A stretch of DNA of 20,577 nt from Thermoproteota archaeon (lineage in GTDB: Archaea; Korarchaeota; JAOZGF01; JAOZFZ01). Below the pieces are notes generated by a model. That model did no database searches, had not been told where the DNA came from, and saw only the letters and a program-made list of their open reading frames with translations. The stretch is taken from assembly GCA_027492035.1 (NCBI GenBank), contig JAOZFT010000041.1, forward strand, positions 1 to 20,577, given 5' to 3'. The position numbers and the translations under genes were made by a program. Within the stretch, counting starts at the first letter, position 1. Each line of letters starts with the position of its first letter. Below, piece by piece: positions 1-8,876 of the stretch.

Positions 1-60
1 ATTCATAGAGAAACAGCCGCCAAAAATAAAAGCAGCACTAAAATACTACATAAAAGAGGG
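1..60 (+). repeat. Exact 60-bp direct repeat, copy 1 (may extend beyond the left edge)
   Basis: Bases 1-60 are identical to 765-824; the first mismatch is 61 (g) versus 825 (a). Confidence 0.95.
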
Positions 61-151
61 GGACCTTTACGTGGCCTCGAGAATAGCAAACCTTAAAATA
101 GAGGAATTCAATGAATTAAGAAAGAAGGCGGGGATACCTAACGTTGCCTGA
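1..151 (+). CDS. 5'-truncated small antitoxin-like HTH protein (UPF0175-like), paralog of 688..915
   Basis: Frame from base 2 reads FIEKQPPKIKAALKYYIKEGDLYVASRIANLKIEEFNELRKKAGIPNVA* (TGA 149-151). It aligns end-to-end with the C-terminal part of 688..915 and overlaps the PIN gene TTG start by 8 bp. Not in the ORF track. Confidence 0.8.
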   Translation, partial: FIEKQPPKIKAALKYYIKEGDLYVASRIANLKIEEFNELRKKAGIPNVA

Positions 152-722
152 AACAGCTATAGCTGATACTTGTTTCCTCATAGACTGGGCAAGGTATAGG
201 AGAAGAGATATTTTGTTTGAATTGTTCTCAACGGTTTTCGTACCTGAACAAGTCCTTGACGAAGTTGTGAGTGAAGAAACAATTGAGTGGATCGCTAACT
301 CCTTAGCTAAGAGGAAACTTTCTTTATATGTTGCTCCATCATCAATTGCGGATGAAGCTTTAAAGATAATTGATGTGATGGCTTCGTTAACTTGGACGCG
401 AAGAGTGGAGCTTCCAGAAGCCATATGTTTAGCAATTGGAAAGAAACATGGCTACACTGTTTTAACAGAGAACAGAGGCGCTTTACAAGCTGTTGAAATC
501 TTAACTGAGTACTCAGGTGTCAAGGCGATGAGGGCAATCGATGTTTTAGCTGAAGCTATTTCTACATCAAAAATCACCGTTTTAAGTCGAGAAGAAGTTA
601 AATCTATTCTTTCAGAGTATGAAAAGGACACCAAACATAGATTTCCAAAGGGGGATGTTAAAGAAATAATTGAAAGGGTGATCTCTCGTGGAGGAAATAA
701 AGAAGAAGTGGGAGAGGCTTGA
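144..722 (+). CDS. PIN-domain ribonuclease, VapC-like toxin (DUF3368/COG2405-like)
   Basis: N-terminal IADTCFLID strand, VPEQVLDEV helix, ELPEAICLA and VLTEN motifs; coupled to a small upstream gene. Confidence 0.85.
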   Translation: MPETAIADTCFLIDWARYRRRDILFELFSTVFVPEQVLDEVVSEETIEWIANSLAKRKLSLYVAPSSIADEALKIIDVMASLTWTRRVELPEAICLAIGKKHGYTVLTENRGALQAVEILTEYSGVKAMRAIDVLAEAISTSKITVLSREEVKSILSEYEKDTKHRFPKGDVKEIIERVISRGGNKEEVGEA

Positions 723-915
723 GGAGGAGGCTAGGAGGATAAGGGAGAATGAAGCTGACTGGGAATTCATAGAGAAACAGCCGCCAAAAATAAAAGCAGC
801 ACTAAAATACTACATAAAAGAGGGAGATATAAGAATAGCTTCTAAATTAGCTGATCTGCCACTAGAGAAATTCAGAGAGATAATTAGGAAAGCAAACATT
901 CCAGTTGTTGTTTAG
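688..915 (+). CDS. Small antitoxin-like HTH protein (UPF0175-like), second copy
   Basis: 75 aa, GTG start preceded by GGGTGA; C-terminal HTH-like segment DIRIASKLADLPLEKFREIIRKANIP; paralog of 1..151. Confidence 0.75.
   Translation: MEEIKKKWERLEEEARRIRENEADWEFIEKQPPKIKAALKYYIKEGDIRIASKLADLPLEKFREIIRKANIPVVV
765..824 (+). repeat. Exact 60-bp direct repeat, copy 2
   Basis: Identical to bases 1-60 and in the same codon phase within the paralogous gene. Confidence 0.95.
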
Positions 916-1057
916 GTTTCCCCCTTATTTTTTATGAATTTAAAAAACCTTTAATCGAAGGATTCCTTTAAAGTTTAGAGAGGGTAACAGTAAATTTCTT
1001 CCTTGCTGGTTAAAAGCTAAAAAAATTAACATTTAAAGTTTCTAGATAGGTGTAGGG

Positions 1058-2122
1058 ATGGAGAAAATAAAATTTAGGCTTGTCTGGTTCGATTCTTTCG
1101 GGGCGAAGTCAACATGCACATTTATGAATACTCCTGACGTCTCTGTTTTAATAGATCCAGGGGCAGCTGTGATGCAGCCTAGTTTCCCTGGTTCATGGAG
1201 TCAAAAAGTTACCTGGAAAAATGAGGCGAAGAAAACCATTAAAGAAGCTAGTAGAGAAGCAGATGTAATTGTTATATCTCATTACCACTACGATCACTTC
1301 ACTGATTTCGACGAGGAACTCTATAAAGGGAAATTACTCCTTGTAAAGGACCCAAATGAATACATAAATGATTCTCAAAGGGGTAGAGCTGAAGCTTTTT
1401 ATAATAACCTTTCAAATTTCTTCGGCGGCGTCCAATTAATGAAATTACTACGGGAAAGAGAGGTGAAGAAGTATCCTGACCCACTTGAAAATCTTCCCTT
1501 AGCAAAAAATAGAGATTACGGCGAATACAAGGAAAGGAAAAAAGAGCTTTTAAAGAAAGGAAAGAAACGGTTCCTTGAAAGGGTTAAGAGATGGAATAAA
1601 TCAAAGTTAATCCCCGAACTTAAATTTAAGGATTGCACAGTTAAGTTCGCTGACGGCAAAGATTTCCATTTCAACAAAACAAAAATAAGTTTTACAAGGC
1701 CCTTTTTCCACGGAATTGAATATTCTAGGGTTGGATGGGTGATCTCCACAACCATAACTTACGGGAAAGAGAAAATTATTCATTCATCTGATTTAGAAGG
1801 TCCTGTAATTGAGGATCAAGCAGAATGGATAATAAAGGAGGACCCAGATGTTTTAATACTTGATGGACCTAGCACTTACCTCATACCCTTCATGTTGAAT
1901 TTAATCAATTTAAGACGTGCCATAGAAAATGTTTGCAGGATAATAAGGGAAACAAGGAAGTTGAAGCTTATAATATATGACCATCACTTGCCAAGAGACC
2001 GTAAATTTAAAGAAAGAGTGAAGGAAGTCTATGATGTTGCAGAGGAAAATGGAAAACAAGTTCTTACAGCTGCAGAGTACATGGGAAAGACACCTGTAGT
2101 TTTAAAGGTGCAGAAAGAGTAA
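1058..2122 (+). CDS. Metallo-beta-lactamase-fold hydrolase, UPF0282 family
   Basis: FDSFGAKS and LIDPGAA N-terminal motifs, SHYHYDH metal-binding motif, FHG, HSSD, LDGP and YDHH motifs; AGGTG RBS. Confidence 0.88.
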   Translation: MEKIKFRLVWFDSFGAKSTCTFMNTPDVSVLIDPGAAVMQPSFPGSWSQKVTWKNEAKKTIKEASREADVIVISHYHYDHFTDFDEELYKGKLLLVKDPNEYINDSQRGRAEAFYNNLSNFFGGVQLMKLLREREVKKYPDPLENLPLAKNRDYGEYKERKKELLKKGKKRFLERVKRWNKSKLIPELKFKDCTVKFADGKDFHFNKTKISFTRPFFHGIEYSRVGWVISTTITYGKEKIIHSSDLEGPVIEDQAEWIIKEDPDVLILDGPSTYLIPFMLNLINLRRAIENVCRIIRETRKLKLIIYDHHLPRDRKFKERVKEVYDVAEENGKQVLTAAEYMGKTPVVLKVQKE

Positions 2123-2403
2123 TTTCCAATAATATTTACTGCTTTTTAATGTTTAGAAGAGTAGAAGAGGTTAAGTTATAGAAAAACAATGTTTTTCACA
2201 TTCCCTTCCTTGAAAGAAAGTAAAGTGGAACATGTTTCAGAAAGCTGGAAAAAATAGTTGATGAAAAGCATGAAGTTAGCTGCGTGGATTTGGTTTACTG
2301 TTTCATGAATCCAAATGTGAAGAGAAATAACTAAACCTTAAAAACATGGTTTAAGTTAATTTGATCTTAAGCCTTTAAAAAAGGATAAATAAAGACTTTC
2401 TCA

Positions 2404-3246
2404 TTAACTTGCTTTTATAAAGTGTTTAATGAATTTTTCGGCGTTCCTGAATAGAATTTTGTTTTTTGCTTTCTCACTTATTTCTAATTTTGAAAGGTTT
2501 TTAAGTGGGCTGTAGGGATCCCATGCTACAATTGGTATTTCACTTCCATAGAGAATTTTGTCGCTGTACCTTTCAAGGAAATCATTTGTGGGAGGGTAAT
2601 ACTTCACATTCCTCCTTAAGACTTCACTGTAAATTTCCTTCTTAATCATTACAAGGGAACAGTCAACGTACACATTGCTTCTTTGATCCAAGTATTTCTC
2701 TAGGTAATCAAAGTATTCATAGCACATGTGCGCCAATATAACTGGGAAAGTGAAATCCATTATAAGTTGTTTATATAGCTTCGGGTGAGTATATTTATAC
2801 CCGTTATCCAGGAAATGCCCGGTATGTACAATTAACGGCTTATTTATTTTCTCTAAAACACTGTAAATTCTAATTGCCCCATTTGAATTAGGATAGAACC
2901 TTTGAACTCCTGGATGAAGTTTTAAACCATCTAACCTGTATTTTTCAAAGATTCCAGGTAAGTCCTTAACCTCGTTAAGGGGGTGGAAAGCCCCGAAAGT
3001 GTAAATATCTGCATGTTCCTCTTTAAGGGTTTTCTGCCACTTGTTGAGTTCAAATGTATGTCCAGGCTCTATTGAATGGGTTAAGTTGAAAATAAACCTT
3101 GCACCTTTCCCCTTCAATGCTGTATAAACTTCTTCTGCATTCATTTTAATTGGTATTTCAACTCCCAGTCTCTTCCTTATCCAAACCTTCATTCTATCCA
3201 TGAACTTTCCAGGTAAAAGGTGAACATGGGCATCAACAAACCTCAT
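2404..3246 (-). CDS. Amidohydrolase_2 family TIM-barrel metallohydrolase
   Basis: VDAHVH (HxH), GLKLHP, IVHTG, ILAHM, ILYGSE and C-terminal KILFRNA motifs. Confidence 0.88.
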   Translation of the reverse strand: MRFVDAHVHLLPGKFMDRMKVWIRKRLGVEIPIKMNAEEVYTALKGKGARFIFNLTHSIEPGHTFELNKWQKTLKEEHADIYTFGAFHPLNEVKDLPGIFEKYRLDGLKLHPGVQRFYPNSNGAIRIYSVLEKINKPLIVHTGHFLDNGYKYTHPKLYKQLIMDFTFPVILAHMCYEYFDYLEKYLDQRSNVYVDCSLVMIKKEIYSEVLRRNVKYYPPTNDFLERYSDKILYGSEIPIVAWDPYSPLKNLSKLEISEKAKNKILFRNAEKFIKHFIKAS

Positions 3247-3268
3247 AATTCAAAAAGTTGTTGAATTA
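3246..3268. promoter_or_regulatory. Palindromic operator candidate at the amidohydrolase start
   Basis: TAATTCAA-N7-TTGAATTA touches the ATG and lies just downstream of a TTTAAA TATA-like element on the minus strand. Confidence 0.45.
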
Positions 3269-3457
3269 AATTTTTAAACATTTAAATTTCCCCCCTATCA
3301 ACTCTTCAATTTTTGCAAAGGGGTTTAAGTGTAGCCAGTTTAACTTGGTGTAATAGCATGATAAAAAACAAAGTAGCAGATATATTCAAAAGTTAAACCC
3401 TGCGAAGCACAGTATGAAAGCAAAAAAGCAGGGATGGCTAGTAGAGTTGAACAGGTT

Positions 3458-3670
3458 TCATAGCTGCGGGTTTAATCCCCAAATTGTTAAAGGGTAAAGT
3501 GGCATGATCGGTGTGTAAGTAAATAAATCATTGATTAAGTGGTTAATTGTAGCTGTAAACTCGGAAACAAACCCAATAGGGAAGCTGCTCCAATTGTAGA
3601 GGCCCCCGAATAATACTCCTAAGATTACGCCGAAGATTACTCCTGCAAGCAAGGTATGATTTCTCTGCAA
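3458..3670 (-). CDS. Possible small membrane protein or remnant
   Basis: Glycine-rich hydrophobic helix LLAGVIFGVILGVLFGG; TTG start, no family recognised. Confidence 0.35.
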   Translation of the reverse strand: MQRNHTLLAGVIFGVILGVLFGGLYNWSSFPIGFVSEFTATINHLINDLFTYTPIMPLYPLTIWGLNPQL

Positions 3671-3829
3671 TGCTTTACAAGCGGCTTCATTTCCAAATCA
3701 ATGTCTAGAAGCGCTGAAGAAGCAGTTATAAAAGTGCATACAACGATAACGGTTGAAGCTTCCCGCTTAATCCGTTTAGGCATACATCTAAGTTTATTTT
3801 TAAAAATAACCTAAGAAAACTGTAATGCA

Positions 3830-4525
3830 TTAAATCTTTGGAAGTATTTCTGCGTATTTCTTTATCCTCATCAGCTTTCCTTCTGGCTGTATTAGCCATG
3901 TCATCCAGCATAGCTCTACAGGTTTATATCCGCAAGTTAAAGCTATTTCTTCAGCTTTCTTAGTAAACTCTATATCATCGTTTATAGGCTCTAAACCAGC
4001 TTTAACCAGAATTTCATTAATCACTCGCTTAACAACCTTGTCAGGCATTACGGTATCGACACCGCCCATCATCCTTAAGTATTGGAATGTAATCAAGCCT
4101 ACACCCTTAATTCTTCCAATAGGGTCCTTTCTCCAATTTTCAAGCTTAGCATTTTTAGCCCAAGTTCTCAAAGCAATCTTATCGATGTCGCTTAAGGTTG
4201 AGAGGTATGAAGCTATTTGCTTAGCTATAAACCAAGACCTCCTATTCCTCCATACACTTCTTAACTCATTAACATCAGCCTCAGCTAGATCCTTTAAGCC
4301 TTTAATTTTTCCGGTCTCAACAAACTTTTCACAGAATTCCTCTACCTTCGGTACAACAGCTGTGAAGTAGTTTAACCCGATTGAAGTAAAAGCTGCATCA
4401 ACAACCATTAAAACCACGCTACCGTTCCATCTCTCAGTTTTAAGACATCTAGAACAAAACCTCTCTATTCCAGAAACCTTATGCATATAGCTGTCAACTA
4501 CACGCTTCAACTCCATCAAGACCAC
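3830..4525 (-). CDS. Uncharacterised HhH-GPD-like (DNA glycosylase superfamily) protein
   Basis: Helix-hairpin-helix IGRIKGVGLITFQYL followed by DTVMPD with the conserved Asp; N-terminal CSRC. The real start may be the ATG at 4516. Confidence 0.72.
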   Translation of the reverse strand: MVLMELKRVVDSYMHKVSGIERFCSRCLKTERWNGSVVLMVVDAAFTSIGLNYFTAVVPKVEEFCEKFVETGKIKGLKDLAEADVNELRSVWRNRRSWFIAKQIASYLSTLSDIDKIALRTWAKNAKLENWRKDPIGRIKGVGLITFQYLRMMGGVDTVMPDKVVKRVINEILVKAGLEPINDDIEFTKKAEEIALTCGYKPVELCWMTWLIQPEGKLMRIKKYAEILPKI

Positions 4526-5250
4526 TCTTTAAAGCTAAAAATTAATGAGACCCAAAAATAAAATCAGGACAAATAAATAAAGTAAAAACTAAGTATTTTC
4601 CAAAATTCATGTTTTGGAGGGTATCATATATTTCGTTGGGAGATTGTAAAGATTTAGCTAAAAAATGAGATATCAATATGTTTACCATGTCGACATAAAC
4701 GTTGTGAGCTTCACCATCAATTTTAAAGTGAGGATTAGTTAACCGTATTACTCTAAATAATGGCCATTTTTCAATACAGTCTCTATAACGAATCGGATTT
4801 AAACTTAGAATTACAAATTTCAGTTAAAGATTTTTCCTTTAAATTAGAAATTGTGAAATGATTTTCTCCTCTGATTCACTGAAAATTTTCCATGCAATTA
4901 GATCTAAAATCTCCCAATAATGATCTAAGAGGAGTTTAGGAGTAGTTAGTGCCAGAGGTTAAGGAAGCACACACTCCTCCCAACTGAGTGTAGGTTGAAC
5001 TTAGCTACAGAGGCCACCTTGCAACTGAGCTGACACTTAAAGAAGCAACTGTGATTAAGAAGCCATGTTTAGCTGGGAATAAATTCATATAATCTGACAC
5101 CTCTTCATGCCAAGGCGTACGAAGATTTCTCTTGCGACTTATCCAATGGTGACCGGGTTTCCTCCAAGTTTACAGGTACCCTTTACACCTAAAAGCATCA
5201 AATTAACTGTTCTTCTATGTTTTTTAGTGGAGGCAGGTTAGTGTGATATT

Positions 5251-5409
5251 TCAGTTTTTGAGACTAGTAAGTATTTTATTCATTAATTTAACAGCCTCTC
5301 TTGCATTTTCTAGGATGTTTCTTGTCTTCTCCTTTGTGAAGGTACCTCAAGGTGTAATTCCCTCCAATGGTCTGCCAGATGAAGATTCAGCTTGTATTTT
5401 GTCTAGAAA
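5251..5409 (-). pseudogene. C-terminal fragment of a HEPN-domain protein
   Basis: Reads FLDKIQAESSSGRPLEGITP*GTFTKEKTRNILENAREAVKLMNKILTSLKN*, resembling the 'YG..E.G..P...FT.E.A...LE.A' tail of archaeal HEPN proteins; internal TGA and no start. Confidence 0.4.
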
Positions 5410-5416
5410 AATTTTC

Positions 5417-6742
5417 CTAAACGTTCAGACATCCAAGAAAAACACTTACAGGCACAGCTAAGGGTTCCTCGTTAAATTCCTCTTTGGTTAAAGTTATGAC
5501 ACTTTTAATTTTTCCTACTTTTAACATGGTTATCTTTGGTTTTTTCTTGTATTTCACTTCTATTCCCAATATTTCATCACCAAAAGCTGCTATGTCTATT
5601 TCTCTCTTGTCCTTCCAGTAACCAACTTTGTACCTTCTAGCCAAGTGGGATGCAACTATGCTTTCCACCATTACCGGATCTTCAGGTTTTTTAGTGAAAC
5701 ACCAAAATGAAAAAACTTGGTAGAGAAAGGGATCTGTAATGTGCATCTTTCTCTGCTTGTGGAATACTTCTATTCCCTTGTTGGGATCTATATAGTAAAG
5801 AATCTTTAGGAGAAAGAGTTTTTCCAGTGTATCTATGTAATAGAACACTGTTTTGTGGGATTTAATTTCAAACTCCTTTGCAATCCCATGAAAACTTACT
5901 GTGGATGGAACCTTCTCTATTACGGCTTTAAGGATCCTCTTCATTATGCTTTCGTTTCTTCTTAGCTTTGCAATATCCCCCTTTATCCAGCTTAAATATG
6001 TATCGATCACACCGGTTGAAACCTCATTCCTTTCCAGCAGAGATTTTACAGCTAGGGGAAACCCTCCGCATCGAAGGTAAGATTCAAAAATCTTGTTTAG
6101 CTCATCCAACCAAGGCAAACTCTTTAAGCACGCTTTCCTTATTTCCTCTTTCCTCAAAGTTTTTATTTCCCCTATGTTTTCAAACACTTCCTTATTAACA
6201 ATCCCTATGAATTCCCTGAAGCTTAAAGGATACATAACAAAATCTTTTCCTCCTCCTCTCCTCCCCGGAAAAGTTTCGATTTCCCTTTTGGCAAACATGC
6301 TTAATGACCCTGTTAACACAAGAACGTCATCCTTGAAGTTCCCCATATCAACATGCCACTTTATAGCTCTATACCACTCCCTTGGAAAAGTCACTTCATC
6401 TAAAAGAATAAAAGACGTCTTGATTTTTTCAGCTTCCTTTATTTTCAAGTACTCCCTAATAATTTCATCCAATTCTTTAAAATCAGCCAATTGGTCGCAT
6501 CTAAAATAGAAAATAGCCTTTGGAGTTATTTCTTCCAGTAACCTCTTTACCAAAAGCTTCAATAAAGTAGTTTTACCCACTTGTCTAGGTCCAAAAACAA
6601 AATGGAGAGAATAAGGCTTAACCCCTATTTCCTCAATGATCCGTGGCACCCATTTTATTTTGCTCTCTTTCCACTTCCTGAAATCTTCATCCTTCTCTAT
6701 GTATTCCTCCCCTTTCCACCAGGGATTGTACTCTTCAAGCAT
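5417..6742 (-). CDS. AAA+ ATPase with DUF4143 domain (COG1373 family)
   Basis: YNPWW N-terminus, Walker A GPRQVGKT, Walker B ILLDEV, LTGS, FPGR, PLSFREF, GGFP and C-terminal EIDI...IEVK PD-(D/E)xK-like motif. Confidence 0.93.
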   Translation of the reverse strand: MLEEYNPWWKGEEYIEKDEDFRKWKESKIKWVPRIIEEIGVKPYSLHFVFGPRQVGKTTLLKLLVKRLLEEITPKAIFYFRCDQLADFKELDEIIREYLKIKEAEKIKTSFILLDEVTFPREWYRAIKWHVDMGNFKDDVLVLTGSLSMFAKREIETFPGRRGGGKDFVMYPLSFREFIGIVNKEVFENIGEIKTLRKEEIRKACLKSLPWLDELNKIFESYLRCGGFPLAVKSLLERNEVSTGVIDTYLSWIKGDIAKLRRNESIMKRILKAVIEKVPSTVSFHGIAKEFEIKSHKTVFYYIDTLEKLFLLKILYYIDPNKGIEVFHKQRKMHITDPFLYQVFSFWCFTKKPEDPVMVESIVASHLARRYKVGYWKDKREIDIAAFGDEILGIEVKYKKKPKITMLKVGKIKSVITLTKEEFNEEPLAVPVSVFLGCLNV

Positions 6743-6743
6743 A

Positions 6744-6796
6744 TTGGTATTTATATTACCAATTATTTAAATAACTTTTGGTATTTAAAATACCAA
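6744..6796 (-). promoter_or_regulatory. ATPase promoter: TATA box flanked by two TTGGTA-N7-TACCAA palindromes
   Basis: Palindromes at 6744-6762 and 6778-6796; TTTAAATA box at about 6765-6772 with an A-rich BRE; spacing to the ATG at 6742 fits a leaderless transcript. Confidence 0.7.
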
Positions 6797-6857
6797 TAAT
6801 TTGAATTTTAAATTCATTAAACAACTCTAACTCGGCTTGCTCACTCGCATATGTGAT

Positions 6858-7015
6858 ATGAATAACATCCCTTCAGGAAAAATAATAAAACCCTTTTATG
6901 AAGAAGCTGTACAGCTGCATCTTACGACTTAAGGTTAGGATCAGAGGTATGGGTTGGCCCTACATTGGAAGAAAGGAAGCATCTTGTAGATCTGAGGAAA
7001 GTTGAAGGTAATCAT
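6858..7015 (+). pseudogene. N-terminal remnant of a dCTP deaminase/dUTPase-family gene
   Basis: MNNIPSGKIIKPFYEEAVQ, then after a 1-bp deletion near 6915, ASYDLRLGSEVWV. This rebuilds the I.PF....VQPASYDLRLG signature. Confidence 0.6.
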
Positions 7016-7613
7016 ACCGCGTCAGGCTTAGACAGTTCATCATTAGATAAAAACATCCCTTTTTAGAGAAAGGGGTAGGGACAGTTTTGCGAGGCTCATT
7101 CGACGTAGTTTTAGAAGAATTTGGGAAGCTTTCATTTGAAGAGTTAAAGTTCTCTTAAAAAAGCTTATACGCTATGTGAAGATGAAATTAAACATGTTTT
7201 CAGTGAAAACCAGATATTAAAGGAAATCCTTATTTGTGACGGTAAAAATGTTTTACACATCAAAGAAAGGGGGAGGAATTACAAACAAAATAATAAAAAG
7301 CTGATGAATAAAGAGGAAAAGCATGTTACATGACTGGTAAATCAGTTCAAACAGAGGAAACAACAGGCTTTATCCTTAAATAAAGACCTTTTTTCAAGAA
7401 ATATTACTTACATTATTTGTTGAATGTTGAAAAACAGGAAGGAAGTTTACAGTTTGTCTGGATAATTTCGAGAAGCTTAAAGGTAAAGATCTAATTAAGA
7501 AGTTTCTGCTACTCAGATTAATCGTTGTTCTGTAACATAAGGAAGTGTTTGACAGAGTGCCTGAATGGTTTAAGATTTTAAGAGAGGTTTATCAAAGAAA
7601 TTTTTAAACTCGC

Positions 7614-8561
7614 TTAAACTTCTAAACCTATTCTGTAAGCGTAAAGTAGGTAAACTGGTAAGTATTTCAGGTCCTTCCAATTCTTCATAAAGTCTCTAAC
7701 TGTCTCTACCTCCCGTAACTTTCCATTAAAATAGTATTTGGAAATGGCTTTTCTTATCCCTAAATCTTCAGCTGGGACTTGACCAATGCCTAATCCTGCA
7801 ATTGCTACCATTTTAGCAGTCCATTCACCTATTCCCTTAAATTTCGTTAACTCCTCCAAGATTCTTTTCTCATTCCACTTTGCAACTTCTTCAACTTTAA
7901 AGTTTCCTCTAGCCACTTCTTTAGAGAAGTTGATTATGTATTTTGCCTTTCTCTGACTTAGACCGCATCTTCTCAATTGTAAGATGGATGCGTTTGCAAG
8001 TTTGTCTGGTTTAGGAAAACCATAAAATTTTTCTCCTTCAAAGGTAATGTTCTCACCGAAAGCTTTGACTAAATTGGAAATTATCTTGAAGGCGGCGTAC
8101 AGCGAAATCTGTTGTTGTATTATAGATTTAATGACTACCTCGTAAACAGTGACACCCATTTTAGGAACTTTTAAACCATACAACTTTTCCTTGATCTTCC
8201 TAAGCTTCTCATCCCTCTCCATGAATCTATAAAGCTTTGATAAGTCATCATTTAGATTAAGCCAGTAAATTATTTTCTCTTTAATCCTCTCTCTAGTTTT
8301 AATGGGAAGGCTGCTGGAAGTTACCACCAGCCTTGGTTTATTTATGCTTCCCTCAAAAGTAATTTTAGCTGGAATGACCCTGTCATTCACCAAAAAAGCT
8401 CTTAATAAACCATTACCCATCCTTCTCTCAGGAAATGGTCCACTACCCTTCCTTAACAACATAAAATCCAAGCTCAATTCAAAATTGTAGGGAGGCTTCG
8501 GAAAGATTAATAGTTTAGACGTCTTTCCACCTTCATAGCGATTAAAGTAATCCCCTGACAT
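7614..8561 (-). CDS. alkA: DNA-3-methyladenine glycosylase II (AlkA family)
   Basis: PPYNF N-terminus, YEVVIKSIIQQQIS, FPKPDKLA, GLSQRKAKYI, HhH FKGIGEWTA and catalytic PAEDLGIR. Confidence 0.92.
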   Translation of the reverse strand: MSGDYFNRYEGGKTSKLLIFPKPPYNFELSLDFMLLRKGSGPFPERRMGNGLLRAFLVNDRVIPAKITFEGSINKPRLVVTSSSLPIKTRERIKEKIIYWLNLNDDLSKLYRFMERDEKLRKIKEKLYGLKVPKMGVTVYEVVIKSIIQQQISLYAAFKIISNLVKAFGENITFEGEKFYGFPKPDKLANASILQLRRCGLSQRKAKYIINFSKEVARGNFKVEEVAKWNEKRILEELTKFKGIGEWTAKMVAIAGLGIGQVPAEDLGIRKAISKYYFNGKLREVETVRDFMKNWKDLKYLPVYLLYAYRIGLEV

Positions 8562-8599
8562 CTTCCCTATCCTTTTTTATTACTATTGATATTAACCTT

Positions 8600-8876
8600 C
8601 TAATTAGATAATTTACTTAACAGCTTAATTGTTTTCATGCTTCTAGAAGCCACGTAAACCTTTTCTTTAAAGTATTTAGATAAAACCTTCTCCATCCTTG
8701 AACTGTTGCGTAATAAATCTTCTTTTCTCAAAAAACTGTGTTACCTATCCCAACGACTCTAACTATTCTTAAATTCTCATCCCCTATGCTTCTACACAGT
8801 TCAAGCACTTGCTTCTTAGATATCCTCCTACTTTTAAAAATTGACCTCCCTACCAAATGCTACTCTCCTGGCTCAA
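8600..8876 (-). pseudogene. Frameshifted DUF1697-like gene upstream of alkA
   Basis: Joined frames read RRVAFGREVN / FKSRRISKKQVLELCRSIGDENLRIVRVVGIGNTVF / RMEKVLSKYFKEKVYVASRSMKTIKLL*, matching the DUF1697 pattern A.LRGINV....I....L...GNVVF. Confidence 0.45.

Noticed and set aside
4530-5240. Long intergenic stretch examined for RNA genes or insertion-sequence ends
   Set aside because: No tRNA cloverleaf, terminal inverted repeats or convincing coding remnant was seen; the same holds for 15400-15990.
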